Virus record (IMG/VR): IMGVR_UViG_3300011008_000002
DNA from: a virus
Taxonomy: Duplodnaviria > Caudoviricetes
Direction: 5' to 3' (one strand)
DNA length: 64,000 bases
Part shown: in pieces, positions 19,518-29,302 of the stretch
Layout of the letters: every line of letters begins with the position of its first letter
Numbering within the stretch: position 1 is the first letter of the stretch
Notes under the pieces: generated by a model
Told to the model about the DNA's origin: nothing
Database searches by the model: none
The model's input: the letters and a program-made list of their open reading frames with translations, nothing else
Translations under genes and position numbers: made by a program

Positions 19518-20752
19518 CAGTCCCTTCTCATCAGATTATAGATGGAATCCAAGATTGCCTCATTTTCCGAATACATGGGATCAAGTCCTGTATCATCATT
19601 ATAAAATGAAGACATATCTATTTCATCCGCACCGATACGTTTCCGCCTTCGGCTCTTTCTTTTTCTCTGACCTTTTTCAAGAGCGGAACCAATGTTTTGA
19701 TAATTTAACAAACGGCTTTCAGACCATCCATGTTTACCGAGAAACCTGATTACCTGTCTTTGTTCAAATTCACGTCTTGTCATAGGACGTTCAGTTTTCT
19801 CATCATAAACTGTCTCATTCATATTGACAGGTTCTTCCTCGATTTGTTCACCGTTTGCTATTCTTGCAAGAAGTCCACGTTCATTATACGCAGACCATTC
19901 ATCGAAACGCTTCCTGAGATTCTCAGGAGCATTCTTAAAGAATTGACGTTCTCCATCAGATGTCTTATCTGACTTATACCATGAGTGGAATATTTTATTT
20001 AGTTCGTCTAGGTTCTGAACCCCTGATGTTCCATAGGAACCACGATAACATCCTTCCGTATTGGCGGATATACTATTTACTAAATTAATCTCGCCTATTG
20101 AAGTTTCGGGTCCGCTCATTTGAATTAGTTCAACATCACCTAGTTCCTCTCGTAATCCATCCATAACGGTGAACAAAGCATCGTCTGGAAGCGATTCTTT
20201 CTCTGTCGGTATAATACCGGCAAGATATAAATCATAGTCTTTTGCCCTTCTTGATAATATTGGCATTGGCGGTATCCACTCATTAATTAACCCGAGAGAC
20301 AAATTCTTTAGAAATTTGTCCTCTCCATACTTTTCTATCAGAGTGTCAATGTATGCATTTCGATCTTTTATTGCATTCAAATATTTGGAATAATCACGAT
20401 AAATTCGCCTAACCGCTCTAGCCTTTATCAATTCTGGAGGCACGTCTTCCTTAAGATAATATTCATCGTAAAATTCCATAGATGACTGCATAAATACTTC
20501 TTCATAATCGTTTACACATCTCGTTCTCCGAAGAATTTTCATGGTTTCGTCGTCAATTTTCTTTAAGGTTTCTTTCGATAAAACCATTTTGGGAACGATC
20601 TTTTCTTTCTCTTCTTCTTGTTGATTTTCTTCATCGTCATCTGTATCAGTAATATTATGGGTCTTCTTATATTCTTCATACGAATTAGTATCACCGAAGA
20701 AGATGTTCAGATCGTCGAGATTTACGACTACTTCTCTTTCATCATCGTCCAT
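19517..20752 (-). CDS. hypothetical acidic protein
   Basis: 411-aa ORF with AAGGAG RBS; stop overlaps the kinase start. Confidence 0.65.
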   Translation of the reverse strand: MDDDEREVVVNLDDLNIFFGDTNSYEEYKKTHNITDTDDDEENQQEEEKEKIVPKMVLSKETLKKIDDETMKILRRTRCVNDYEEVFMQSSMEFYDEYYLKEDVPPELIKARAVRRIYRDYSKYLNAIKDRNAYIDTLIEKYGEDKFLKNLSLGLINEWIPPMPILSRRAKDYDLYLAGIIPTEKESLPDDALFTVMDGLREELGDVELIQMSGPETSIGEINLVNSISANTEGCYRGSYGTSGVQNLDELNKIFHSWYKSDKTSDGERQFFKNAPENLRKRFDEWSAYNERGLLARIANGEQIEEEPVNMNETVYDEKTERPMTRREFEQRQVIRFLGKHGWSESRLLNYQNIGSALEKGQRKRKSRRRKRIGADEIDMSSFYNDDTGLDPMYSENEAILDSIYNLMRRD

Positions 20753-20785
20753 ACCATATTTTCCTCCTTTCAGGTTGATGTCTTT

Positions 20786-21613
20786 TTAATATATATTTAT
20801 TTTGCCAAATATCGTTTCCGTTCGAAAGATATTTTCAAGAACATCTAACCCACTTTCTGTAAGTCGAATATCAGTTTTATACGTAGACTTAAATGCTGAC
20901 CGCTTATTATCTTCAGTCATTCTATTGTATTTATGATCTGCTCTTGAATACCAGAGGTAGCAATCTTTACTATAGTTCGTAAATGGTGATATTTTATCCA
21001 CCGGTTCTTTTACCTCAAGTATTATATAGATCGTGAAATCTTGCAATCTCTTACAATGTGAATGCAAATGTTTCATTTCATATAAATGAGCATTAGGGAG
21101 CCAATATTGATAATAAAATAGCATTGGAGCTGACGGATTAGTTGGTTCAAATCGGTTCTGCCCCAAAACATAGAAAAGCAAGTCTCTAAGACTAGCCAAT
21201 GTTGGATTATCAATAAAGGAGACCATCGGGTCAGTCATATAAGTATTCCTGTAGATTGGATTAATCGTACCGAGAGTACGGATCAACGAAGAGATAATAA
21301 CATAATAGGGATTTTTGTTGACATATCTCCAATCTTCTTCTGTAATATACCCATTCGGGATATCTATTTCATTCTTTTCGTCATTCTTTATCAACCATAT
21401 TCCGTCGTGACTAGGGTTGGTCAGTAATAGATTACAACTAAAACTGACCAACTCTGGAACGTCTGACTGGAACCCTTCGGGATAACTACGAGAATGAATT
21501 TTGCTAGTGATAAATAACTCCGGATGGTTAAGCGGGCACAATCCGTTTATAGGATTTTTGTCCGGTCGATATTTCTGTTCAAATTCTTTTCTATCAAAGT
21601 ATATTTCCCTCAT
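20786..21613 (-). CDS. hypothetical protein
   Basis: 275-aa ORF with AAAGG RBS. Confidence 0.6.
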   Translation of the reverse strand: MREIYFDRKEFEQKYRPDKNPINGLCPLNHPELFITSKIHSRSYPEGFQSDVPELVSFSCNLLLTNPSHDGIWLIKNDEKNEIDIPNGYITEEDWRYVNKNPYYVIISSLIRTLGTINPIYRNTYMTDPMVSFIDNPTLASLRDLLFYVLGQNRFEPTNPSAPMLFYYQYWLPNAHLYEMKHLHSHCKRLQDFTIYIILEVKEPVDKISPFTNYSKDCYLWYSRADHKYNRMTEDNKRSAFKSTYKTDIRLTESGLDVLENIFRTETIFGKINIY

Positions 21614-21636
21614 AATAGTTCCTTTCTTTGTGATTT

Positions 21637-22173
21637 TTATAAAAGAGTATCGTCGTTATCAACCCATTCCATTGCTGTATGCCTGATATAGTTATTATGA
21701 TCAACTCTTATATAAACATCACGAATTCCAGAATTGATAATAACCATCTTACAATTCCTGCACATTTCAGGCTTAGCTACATAATCCTTAGTCGTCATAT
21801 TAATACCAACGATATATAAAGATGTACCCTTCATCATTCTTCTACTTGCAGAAATTATTGCATTTATAGGAGCATGGACACTTCGGCACATAGAATCTCC
21901 GCATCCACCAACCTTGCTTCCAATGTCTTTATAACAACAACCAATGTCAATGCAGTTTCTCCGTCCTCTAGGAACACCCATATAACCAGAACTTATGAGT
22001 TCATCCCCGTCAACGATAACTGCACCATAATGGTATTTAAGACATGTACTGTTCTGAGATATGGTCTCTGCGACATCTAAGTAGTAATTGACTTTGTCTC
22101 TGCGAATATTCATACCACTAATAAGTTTACCCGTAATAAGATCAGACTCATTCGGTAACAAAAGGTCGTTCAT
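21637..22173 (-). CDS. dCMP-deaminase-family protein (catalytic Glu apparently lost)
   Basis: STC...GAVIV, SGY.G.PRG, HAP in place of HAE, MCRNC in place of PCxxC; AAGGAGG RBS before ATG 22173. Confidence 0.8.
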   Translation of the reverse strand: MNDLLLPNESDLITGKLISGMNIRRDKVNYYLDVAETISQNSTCLKYHYGAVIVDGDELISSGYMGVPRGRRNCIDIGCCYKDIGSKVGGCGDSMCRSVHAPINAIISASRRMMKGTSLYIVGINMTTKDYVAKPEMCRNCKMVIINSGIRDVYIRVDHNNYIRHTAMEWVDNDDTLL

Positions 22174-22267
22174 ATAAACACCTCCTTTATTTGATTTTAC
22201 AGTAGTGTAATTGCAATAGTGAATTGGTATAACGATACCCTCATCGCTATACCAATTCATCTTAACT

Positions 22268-22966
22268 TCAAGCATAACTTTTCTGTAACTTAGGATCAAT
22301 TCCTTCTTCCATAGGAGTTTCTCCATCGACATCCAGATATACGTATTGTACGTAAAGAACTTTATTTGCTTCACGTAGAGCTTCAGGGTCAGCCTTGAAT
22401 TTCTTTGATAATTGTACTTGTTCATCTAATGTCATAAGGAGAGAGTCCGGAATCCAATCATAGTACTTCTTTGTGAATTCTACAAACCTTCCATACACAC
22501 ACCAGAGCGGAATTGTCAACTGACCATCGTGAACTAATTGATGGCAAGTAATTGACAGAGGAACTAAACCAACTAACCCAGAGTAATGAAGTCTCATTAC
22601 TTCTTCTGCTACTTTAAGTTCATCAATTACTCCGTCATATACTTCCTCATGTTTACGCATAACGATATCTGTGATAGAAAATAGAGTAAAGGGTGCATGA
22701 TGAATTTCTATCATACCCTTTTTCTTATCTCCCTTGAATGAATTCAAAAAAGTACATTCGTTCATGTTTACATACTTTCTCAAGTATGCAATGATATCGC
22801 TATACTCTAGCGACCCCCTGCAATATGATTCGATCTCTTTCGTAAGTTTTACCCTTTGTTTATCATTTGAGATAACGGGTAATCTCGGTATGATTATCGG
22901 TTTATCTATGTGAACATGTTTGATAGGACTCAGAGATGAACCGATTTCTTTTGGCGGAACCCTCAT
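22268..22966 (-). CDS. HNH-like (His-Me finger) protein, paralog B
   Basis: C...IEIHHAPFTLF...LSITCHQLVH; GGAGGTGA RBS. Confidence 0.55.
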   Translation of the reverse strand: MRVPPKEIGSSLSPIKHVHIDKPIIIPRLPVISNDKQRVKLTKEIESYCRGSLEYSDIIAYLRKYVNMNECTFLNSFKGDKKKGMIEIHHAPFTLFSITDIVMRKHEEVYDGVIDELKVAEEVMRLHYSGLVGLVPLSITCHQLVHDGQLTIPLWCVYGRFVEFTKKYYDWIPDSLLMTLDEQVQLSKKFKADPEALREANKVLYVQYVYLDVDGETPMEEGIDPKLQKSYA

Positions 22967-23026
22967 ACTAATCACCTCCATAACAGTCATCCTATTATGG
23001 AGGTGTGTATTTTACGATGTTTTGAG

Positions 23027-24031
23027 TTAGCCCATTCTTATGGAGTCAAGGAACCTATCATACTCCTTATAACAATCAATCAATTCGTTTATAATCAATT
23101 GATACTGTAAATTATAAGGTCCCTCACGATAATCCAAAGTCTCCTCAAATCGACTAATTGGTGTCAGAGTACGGTATGTTACCTTGGGTTTTACCGGAGC
23201 AGCTCCCTTTGCACCACTCTTTACCGTACTTACTTCCCTGACAGGGTTCTTTTCCTTCGTTTGCCCATCAGACTCATACATTAAGAATTCAGATACGAAC
23301 TCTCTGAAGATATGAGCATCTTCATCATCACTATCGAGTACAAGTCTCAAGTTCTCAACATCTTTTACCCAATTCTCAATATCCTCATCTGTCCAATTAG
23401 CCGGTGTCTTTACATGACTATCATACCACTTATCCTTAAGACGCTGTCTCATTTCATATATACAAGCATGAGTAAGTTCGTGCTTAATGACTCCAGGATA
23501 AGTATCAGGATTAATCGAGTCGGATTTCTCGAATACGATGATGAGATGGTTGGTTTCGTTCACAAGAACTTCCATTTTACCAGGTTCGCCTGTCTCTTCG
23601 TTGATCTCCGAATAGTCAGCAACTTCCGTCGTTACCTGCACTGATTTGGACTCACAGTACCCATCACAATCCATATCAGCATCAATATTCGGGAATTGAG
23701 CTTTCACACTTTTCACAAAATCTTCATTTATTCCATTATCAAGATTTGCGAAATATTCGATATGCATCATCCCGTCTTCAGTAGAATACGTATGATGTTT
23801 GAACCTGTCTCCTTTCAATGCCGGATACAGATTAATCTTTAATTCAGGTGCTATACCGAATACATAAGATTTACCAACGATATCTTCTATTGCTTCAGCA
23901 CCTTGATATTCTCTGTATCCATCTGTAGCAAGTGTCATAAAGAACTGTTTCCTGATGTCAGAGAACCTCTGTTTGAGACCAAGCCTTAGCATAGTTGTCC
24001 AAAGCTTAGCATAGTCCAATTTTGTTTCCAT
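23027..24031 (-). CDS. putative zincin-like metalloprotein
   Basis: HELTH (HExxH) motif with downstream Glu (REFVSE); TATATTAA motif upstream. Confidence 0.45.
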   Translation of the reverse strand: METKLDYAKLWTTMLRLGLKQRFSDIRKQFFMTLATDGYREYQGAEAIEDIVGKSYVFGIAPELKINLYPALKGDRFKHHTYSTEDGMMHIEYFANLDNGINEDFVKSVKAQFPNIDADMDCDGYCESKSVQVTTEVADYSEINEETGEPGKMEVLVNETNHLIIVFEKSDSINPDTYPGVIKHELTHACIYEMRQRLKDKWYDSHVKTPANWTDEDIENWVKDVENLRLVLDSDDEDAHIFREFVSEFLMYESDGQTKEKNPVREVSTVKSGAKGAAPVKPKVTYRTLTPISRFEETLDYREGPYNLQYQLIINELIDCYKEYDRFLDSIRMG

Positions 24032-24113
24032 TGTTTATACCTAACCTTTCTTATAAAGTTTATAAACGTAGATAAATTTCTTATCTACGTTTATTTTAAT
24101 ATAGCAACAAGTT

Positions 24114-24617
24114 CTATTCAACAATTCCAATCTGAGCTAATGCAGCAGCCCTATCAAGTTTTCTTTGCCATTGTTCGCGATACGGAATCATTGAGGATAG
24201 TGTAACATATTCTGTGAGCTCACTGTCCAAGACAGCTACATAGTCAATAGCAAATAGATTGGTGATTTTAAGTCGCCTATCTTCACTTGATGGGTTTGAT
24301 TCCATAATAGCTCTGTAAAAGCATATGCAGTTTCTTTCCGGATCAAATGTATCATTGAATTCTATAATTAAAAATAATTGGTTATCTTCAATTTCTTCTC
24401 CGAGCAAATGACCGACAATCTGTTTCGAGTCAACTTTGGTGTAATCAGAGAGTTTGGTATCGTACTTATAATCATAGAGACTATTATGATATATAACAAC
24501 TCCCTGTCCAAGCTCTTTATATTGCTCTAATGCTGTTACCAAATCTGAAACACTCGGTAATCTATCACCAGCACCAGACGATGATACTGCCTGAAGTTTT
24601 AACCTATAAATACTCAT
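24114..24617 (-). CDS. hypothetical protein
   Basis: 167-aa ORF with GGAGG RBS, abutting the upstream gene. Confidence 0.6.
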   Translation of the reverse strand: MSIYRLKLQAVSSSGAGDRLPSVSDLVTALEQYKELGQGVVIYHNSLYDYKYDTKLSDYTKVDSKQIVGHLLGEEIEDNQLFLIIEFNDTFDPERNCICFYRAIMESNPSSEDRRLKITNLFAIDYVAVLDSELTEYVTLSSMIPYREQWQRKLDRAAALAQIGIVE

Positions 24618-25001
24618 CTACTGCCCTCCATATCTCACATAATCGTAGCTTACAATTCGGTTCTGATTATCGTGGTTTTTCATAATCTTTGGGAATAACC
24701 TTCCTTTTCCATTATTTATGAAAAACATATTGGTTGCATCAGAGGGTATCTTTAACGCTATATAAAACGTATCATTATAAGTATCAACTTCACAATTCAC
24801 AAATTTAACAGATTGAAGCGAGGCTACAACTTTATCAGAATTTAACACATCCCCGGCAGTATCAAATACAAATAAATCGTAGCCAGTATCTTTACCCGTA
24901 TCAAGTTTGTCCATTGAATCAATCACCATTTTAGCAAAATCTATCGGACTGATATCACCTGGGCGTTTTACTTCAATAATGAAGTTCACATCTTTATGCA
25001 T
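24618..25001 (-). CDS. hypothetical protein
   Basis: 127-aa ORF with AAGGAGG RBS. Confidence 0.65.
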   Translation of the reverse strand: MHKDVNFIIEVKRPGDISPIDFAKMVIDSMDKLDTGKDTGYDLFVFDTAGDVLNSDKVVASLQSVKFVNCEVDTYNDTFYIALKIPSDATNMFFINNGKGRLFPKIMKNHDNQNRIVSYDYVRYGGQ

Positions 25002-25016
25002 TGGATAATACCTCCT

Positions 25017-25661
25017 TTAATAATCTACAAAAACAGCTGTGTCTGGATATCTGGAAAATATATCTGTTGTATTAAAGTTTGATGTTATATGACTACCTTT
25101 TGAAGTATACATTTTCCAGAAATAAACAATGTCAATGAAACTAGAAACTTCAGCAAACTGTCGTTTTTCACGTATTGACTGTTTGACAGAAGTATATGCA
25201 TATACGGTAAATAGCAACGATAATAATTTATTGTCTGAATCATTCATTTTCCGTATATATTTTGTGAGAGGTGCACTTGCGAGCATAACACTAGATAACT
25301 CATTACATATATATGCGGCATTTTCATTGATAAATTTATCAGTGAAGAAATGTATTTGTGATTCAGTAAATATAGCGTAACATTTACCGTCTTTTGAAGT
25401 TTGAGTAATCAGTTTGCGTTGTAATACTGTATATAAATCAGTCGAAAGATCATCAGACAATATTTGACAGAATATAGCATTGGACTCACATTCATATATA
25501 ACCATTTCTACGTCATCATCTAGCAATTTATACTCTTTATAATACGAAATAGCTATAAACGGATTACTTGTCCATGCAATAACTATTTTACTAGAGCCTT
25601 CTTCATAATCCCCTTCAGATAGTATTACATAAAATTTGGTCATCTTCAACTGGGTTGCCAT
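25017..25661 (-). CDS. hypothetical protein
   Basis: 214-aa ORF within the operon. Confidence 0.6.
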   Translation of the reverse strand: MATQLKMTKFYVILSEGDYEEGSSKIVIAWTSNPFIAISYYKEYKLLDDDVEMVIYECESNAIFCQILSDDLSTDLYTVLQRKLITQTSKDGKCYAIFTESQIHFFTDKFINENAAYICNELSSVMLASAPLTKYIRKMNDSDNKLLSLLFTVYAYTSVKQSIREKRQFAEVSSFIDIVYFWKMYTSKGSHITSNFNTTDIFSRYPDTAVFVDY

Positions 25662-26439
25662 TGATGTATTTCACACCCCCTATCATTCCTTGAAGTTCAT
25701 ATGTTACTATGATAAATATCAGGAACTCATACCAATGGTTTATTACAGCTGTCCAGTCACAAGTTTCTTGGTCTATAATGTCTGGACATTCCTTTATCAT
25801 GAACGAGCGTAACGGTTCTTTTAACCCATTAACCCACGGAATATTATCAGACTCACCGTGGTCAGTTGCAATGATTAAAAGTATAGCATAGAACCCTTTT
25901 AGTTTGTTAAATAATTTCGATAAAATCTCACCTCTTTCAGAATTTAAGAAACTAGAGCTTAGGTGGTTCTTCCCAGTATTCAGAAAAAATTCTGCCCCAC
26001 CAATAATGGCAGGGAGAAAATCATCCATGTGTATATCAAATCCTTCCACATAACTTTCCATATCATCAAACATATCCTCGGTTCCATATATAGTAATACC
26101 TAACCAATCTACTGTATCTGACTCCATCATAGAACCACCAGTAATTTTCTCACCGAAAATCTTATGCATCCTTTCTTCTATTAGTTCACGATAGCTACAG
26201 TTTTCAATTATCACTACATCATATGGAATTTTTGATATGAATTGGTCATAAAACCTTAGGAAACTTATGAATATTTCTCTGTTATGTGAAAAAGTGTGAT
26301 TAAGGAACGGATAAATCTGATACTCGTTACTCAATTTTTCGAATAGTTCTTCATCGGTAAATACAAGGACATACCAATTATATAGTACACCCTTGTTTTC
26401 TTCATACCACGGTTTAGTAAGTTCTATCATTTCATTCAT
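25615..26439 (-). CDS. hypothetical protein
   Basis: 274-aa ORF with AAGGAGG RBS. Confidence 0.6.
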   Translation of the reverse strand: MNEMIELTKPWYEENKGVLYNWYVLVFTDEELFEKLSNEYQIYPFLNHTFSHNREIFISFLRFYDQFISKIPYDVVIIENCSYRELIEERMHKIFGEKITGGSMMESDTVDWLGITIYGTEDMFDDMESYVEGFDIHMDDFLPAIIGGAEFFLNTGKNHLSSSFLNSERGEILSKLFNKLKGFYAILLIIATDHGESDNIPWVNGLKEPLRSFMIKECPDIIDQETCDWTAVINHWYEFLIFIIVTYELQGMIGGVKYINGNPVEDDQILCNTI

Positions 26440-26444
26440 CCTCC

Positions 26445-26783
26445 TTAGTTAGGAGTCATTTCATCAGCCATATCAGATAATGTTCTGACAACATTTCTAG
26501 CTGAGCTATTTATCTTTGTATCTAAAGTTCTTATACTCTCGCTATCAAAATCTCTTATAACTTTGTCAATGTCAATGTATTTCCCGTATTCCCTAACGCT
26601 ACTAGCATTTTCGATATCTGATACAATCTCAGACATCACTTCAAGTCCTTTCTTAAACAAAATCTTGTCTTCTTCAGATTGTGGAACCAATGCCGGGAGT
26701 GCCCGCATAACATCCTTAAAGCGATTTGCTGTAATCTTAGCAAACTCCGATACTATCTGTGCATCTTCTCTGATATTTGACAT
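26445..26783 (-). CDS. hypothetical protein
   Basis: 112-aa ORF with AAGGAGG RBS. Confidence 0.65.
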   Translation of the reverse strand: MSNIREDAQIVSEFAKITANRFKDVMRALPALVPQSEEDKILFKKGLEVMSEIVSDIENASSVREYGKYIDIDKVIRDFDSESIRTLDTKINSSARNVVRTLSDMADEMTPN

Positions 26784-26789
26784 TTTGAA

Positions 26790-26978
26790 TTACCTCCTTT
26801 GAGTAAGCTTAACGATTTTAGTTACCGTTTCTCCAATGTTACATACAACCTGTACTAATGTAAGAATTCCCATTACGATTATCACGAAGCAAGTTGCTAG
26901 ACACAATGTAATTATAAAATACAGTAAGTCCCATACTTCATGATTTACAATTTTCTTAAGTAAATCTTTAATGTTCAT
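26790..26978 (-). CDS. small membrane protein
   Basis: GAGGAGG RBS; long hydrophobic helix. Confidence 0.6.
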   Translation of the reverse strand: MNIKDLLKKIVNHEVWDLLYFIITLCLATCFVIIVMGILTLVQVVCNIGETVTKIVKLTQRR

Positions 26979-27038
26979 TCGTAAACATCCTCCTCAAATT
27001 ATTTTAGTTGTAATATATTTACCAAAAGTTTATAAGAT

Positions 27039-27087
27039 ATACAAAAAATGAACCAACGGCAAGAATGAGTATTCAAACCGTTGGTTC
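27039..27087 (-). terminator. intrinsic terminator of the small early operon
   Basis: GAACCAACGG/CCGTTGGTTC stem with a TTTTTTGTAT tail on the minus strand. Confidence 0.7.
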
Positions 27088-27121
27088 TTTCTACAACTGC
27101 TAATTTGATAAAATGTTTGCG

Positions 27122-27223
27122 TTACCAGTCTTCGCTTTCTTCATCATTGTCGGGCGCTGGTACTCCCATAACGTCAATATCAGTTTCCCGATCATCGTCG
27201 TCATAATAAAAATTTAATATCAT
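27122..27223 (-). CDS. 33-aa highly acidic peptide (not in the ORF track)
   Basis: MILNFYYDDDDRETDIDVMGVPAPDNDEESEDW*; AAAGGAGG RBS. Confidence 0.7.
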   Translation of the reverse strand: MILNFYYDDDDRETDIDVMGVPAPDNDEESEDW

Positions 27224-27270
27224 CTGTGTTTCCTCCTTTCCTTATCATATGTATATTATGATGATGGTCC

Positions 27271-27528
27271 CTAGATAGGACCATCATCAATTACACACAA
27301 CGCGAAGAGGAAAACGACAATTAGGAATATTATTAAGGCAGTTTGCTTCAGCTTGTACTTCCTTGCCCAAACCCAAAATTCATCGGGTCCGTCATAATAT
27401 TCATACTCCTCTCTTAAGTTATATTCGTTCGCAAACCGAACAAGCTTCCACCGCCTAATCTCACGGTGGTACAGTACAAATCTCGCAATAAACCGCGCAA
27501 CGAACATCAGAACCCTTTCAAGCATCAT
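27271..27528 (-). CDS. small membrane protein
   Basis: AAGGAGG RBS; C-terminal TM helix. Confidence 0.65.
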   Translation of the reverse strand: MMLERVLMFVARFIARFVLYHREIRRWKLVRFANEYNLREEYEYYDGPDEFWVWARKYKLKQTALIIFLIVVFLFALCVIDDGPI

Positions 27529-27543
27529 TTGTATTCCCTCCTT

Positions 27544-27855
27544 TCAAGCTGCGAATCTCGCGAACCATTCACGGTCTTCATCCGTAAGATGCGAGTCGAA
27601 ATCCGCATCAACATGCCTGTACCACAGATCATATTCGACATCAGTCTTTCTCTTAAACAACTGATGGGACATGTGGCAGTATTTCCCGAACGACTCGAAG
27701 TCCGTGTGCTCAGACTTCCAAGCCTCAAGGCGTTCCTTAGCGTCATCGTACTGCTTCTCAACGATGCTAATCGCCAGGTCGTACTGCTCTCTAATGGTAA
27801 GCTTCTTGTTAGCGGTAGCAACAATCTTGTCAACCTTCATAATTAATTCAGTCAT
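27544..27855 (-). CDS. small early protein (103 aa)
   Basis: AAAGGAG RBS; first gene after promoter repeat copy 2. Confidence 0.7.
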   Translation of the reverse strand: MTELIMKVDKIVATANKKLTIREQYDLAISIVEKQYDDAKERLEAWKSEHTDFESFGKYCHMSHQLFKRKTDVEYDLWYRHVDADFDSHLTDEDREWFARFAA

Positions 27856-27930
27856 GACTTTCTCCTTTCGTATATGAAACCATCTCGGAACATAATAAGT
27901 TGTATTACATATTTTTACTATTATACATCT

Positions 27931-27968
27931 TTAATATGGTTTCAAAATAGCTGCGAAACGGATTTTTC
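27931..27968 (-). promoter_or_regulatory. 38-bp repeated putative early promoter, copy 2
   Basis: GAAAAATCCGTTTCGCAGCTATTTTGAAACCATATTAA on the minus strand. Confidence 0.7.
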
Positions 27969-29109
27969 ATTTAGAGAAGATTGACTTATAAGGAGATTGA
28001 TTATCATATAAAACTTGTTGAGTTCTTGGTTTTATTATTTCAATAGGAAACTGTTTGAAATATTCCTCGTTCATTGCCATCAAGGTATTATCATCATAAT
28101 TATCCTCTAAGCAACCAAGGATTTTATGAATTTCAACAGGTTCGATATCCCTTAACTGAAGTTCCAGATTTGTTGAATGATAATTCCTTTGGAAGATGTC
28201 AACGTAGTCTTCCCTAAGTACAGATTTTAACATATCAATATCTCTGGTATTTTCAGTTATCTTTCCAAGGTCAATTGCTGTATTTATCATTTTAAGAATA
28301 GCAGCTAATCCAACCCCAGATATCTTCGGGATACTTCTATCTGAATCTCCTAATAGAGAAATAATGAACTCAATAAAGTTTGGAGATACCGATAATACGC
28401 TTGAAATCTTATTTCTATCTTTTAACACTTCAATTACATTTTTATCTGTAATCAAGCTTGGGACTTTCTTCTTAATAGATGGGCAAATTATCTTAAATCC
28501 ATAATTAGCGTAGATTAACTCATACGTGTTATTGGATACCAGTATATTCGTATAATTAAACCCATCTTTCTGATAAACCTCTCTATCCAATAAGAGAGGG
28601 ATAACTGATGCCTCGACTCCCAACGGATTTATTAGGTATACCTCATTGACATATTTGATACTGTCTTTGATGAATTTATAAGCTTCTTCCAACCTTTCTA
28701 ATATACACGAAACCTCTATGTTATTCTTACGATAACGGTCATTATGAGTTGTTCGATAGGTCGGAATGTAGATTTTATTTTTATACTCTTCTGGTATAGG
28801 ATAGTTCCAGAAAAGTATTATCCTTGAATCTATATTCTGTTTGGTAAGCCACAATCTGTAGTGTTGACCTAAATTGATGATGTTACTAACTAAGCTTAAA
28901 GAAAACTTATTCATATAATCATCAAACTCATTTACACTCGCAGCCGCTTGAACAAAGTTACTTACTCTTGAAGTCATTATGAGACGAAATACATTCTCTA
29001 GGTTGATGTAGACATTGGCTCGTGTAACTGATTTGTCTAGGATATTCCAACCATCAAGTATCTCGAATTTGACTTTATGCATATTGAATAAGGGATCTAT
29101 AAAATCCAT
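27967..29109 (-). CDS. 5'-3' exonuclease/flap-endonuclease-fold protein, degenerate active site
   Basis: H3TH motif LLGDSDRSIPKISGVG; GVEASV where EADD is expected. Confidence 0.65.
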   Translation of the reverse strand: MDFIDPLFNMHKVKFEILDGWNILDKSVTRANVYINLENVFRLIMTSRVSNFVQAAASVNEFDDYMNKFSLSLVSNIINLGQHYRLWLTKQNIDSRIILFWNYPIPEEYKNKIYIPTYRTTHNDRYRKNNIEVSCILERLEEAYKFIKDSIKYVNEVYLINPLGVEASVIPLLLDREVYQKDGFNYTNILVSNNTYELIYANYGFKIICPSIKKKVPSLITDKNVIEVLKDRNKISSVLSVSPNFIEFIISLLGDSDRSIPKISGVGLAAILKMINTAIDLGKITENTRDIDMLKSVLREDYVDIFQRNYHSTNLELQLRDIEPVEIHKILGCLEDNYDDNTLMAMNEEYFKQFPIEIIKPRTQQVLYDNQSPYKSIFSK

Positions 29110-29302
29110 ACATATCCCTCCTTTATCGTTTCTTTTTATTCTTTGTTTTTATAATCTTAGAAATTGACTTCTTCAATTTCTCATCACATAAATCCTCATA
29201 AACCTTATTGTATTTCTTTATTTCCGGGTTTTCAATCCCGATATGAATTACTTCGGTTATTTCATAATTTGGTATTTTTCTCATACATTATACACCTCTT
29301 GA

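Noticed and set aside
20786-21613. Nudix hydrolase call
   Set aside because: Only weak N-terminal resemblance (DIPNG); the Nudix box REUxEE is absent
22174-22425. N-terminal extension of the deaminase ORF in the track
   Set aside because: It overlaps the upstream gene, and a strong RBS supports ATG 22173
24114-24617. Prohead protease call
   Set aside because: Faint resemblance only; no convincing catalytic His/Ser motifs, so the protease is probably encoded outside this window
27525-27833. Alternative-frame 102-aa ORF overlapping 27544-27855
   Set aside because: No RBS; the S/R/T-rich composition is typical of a shadow frame
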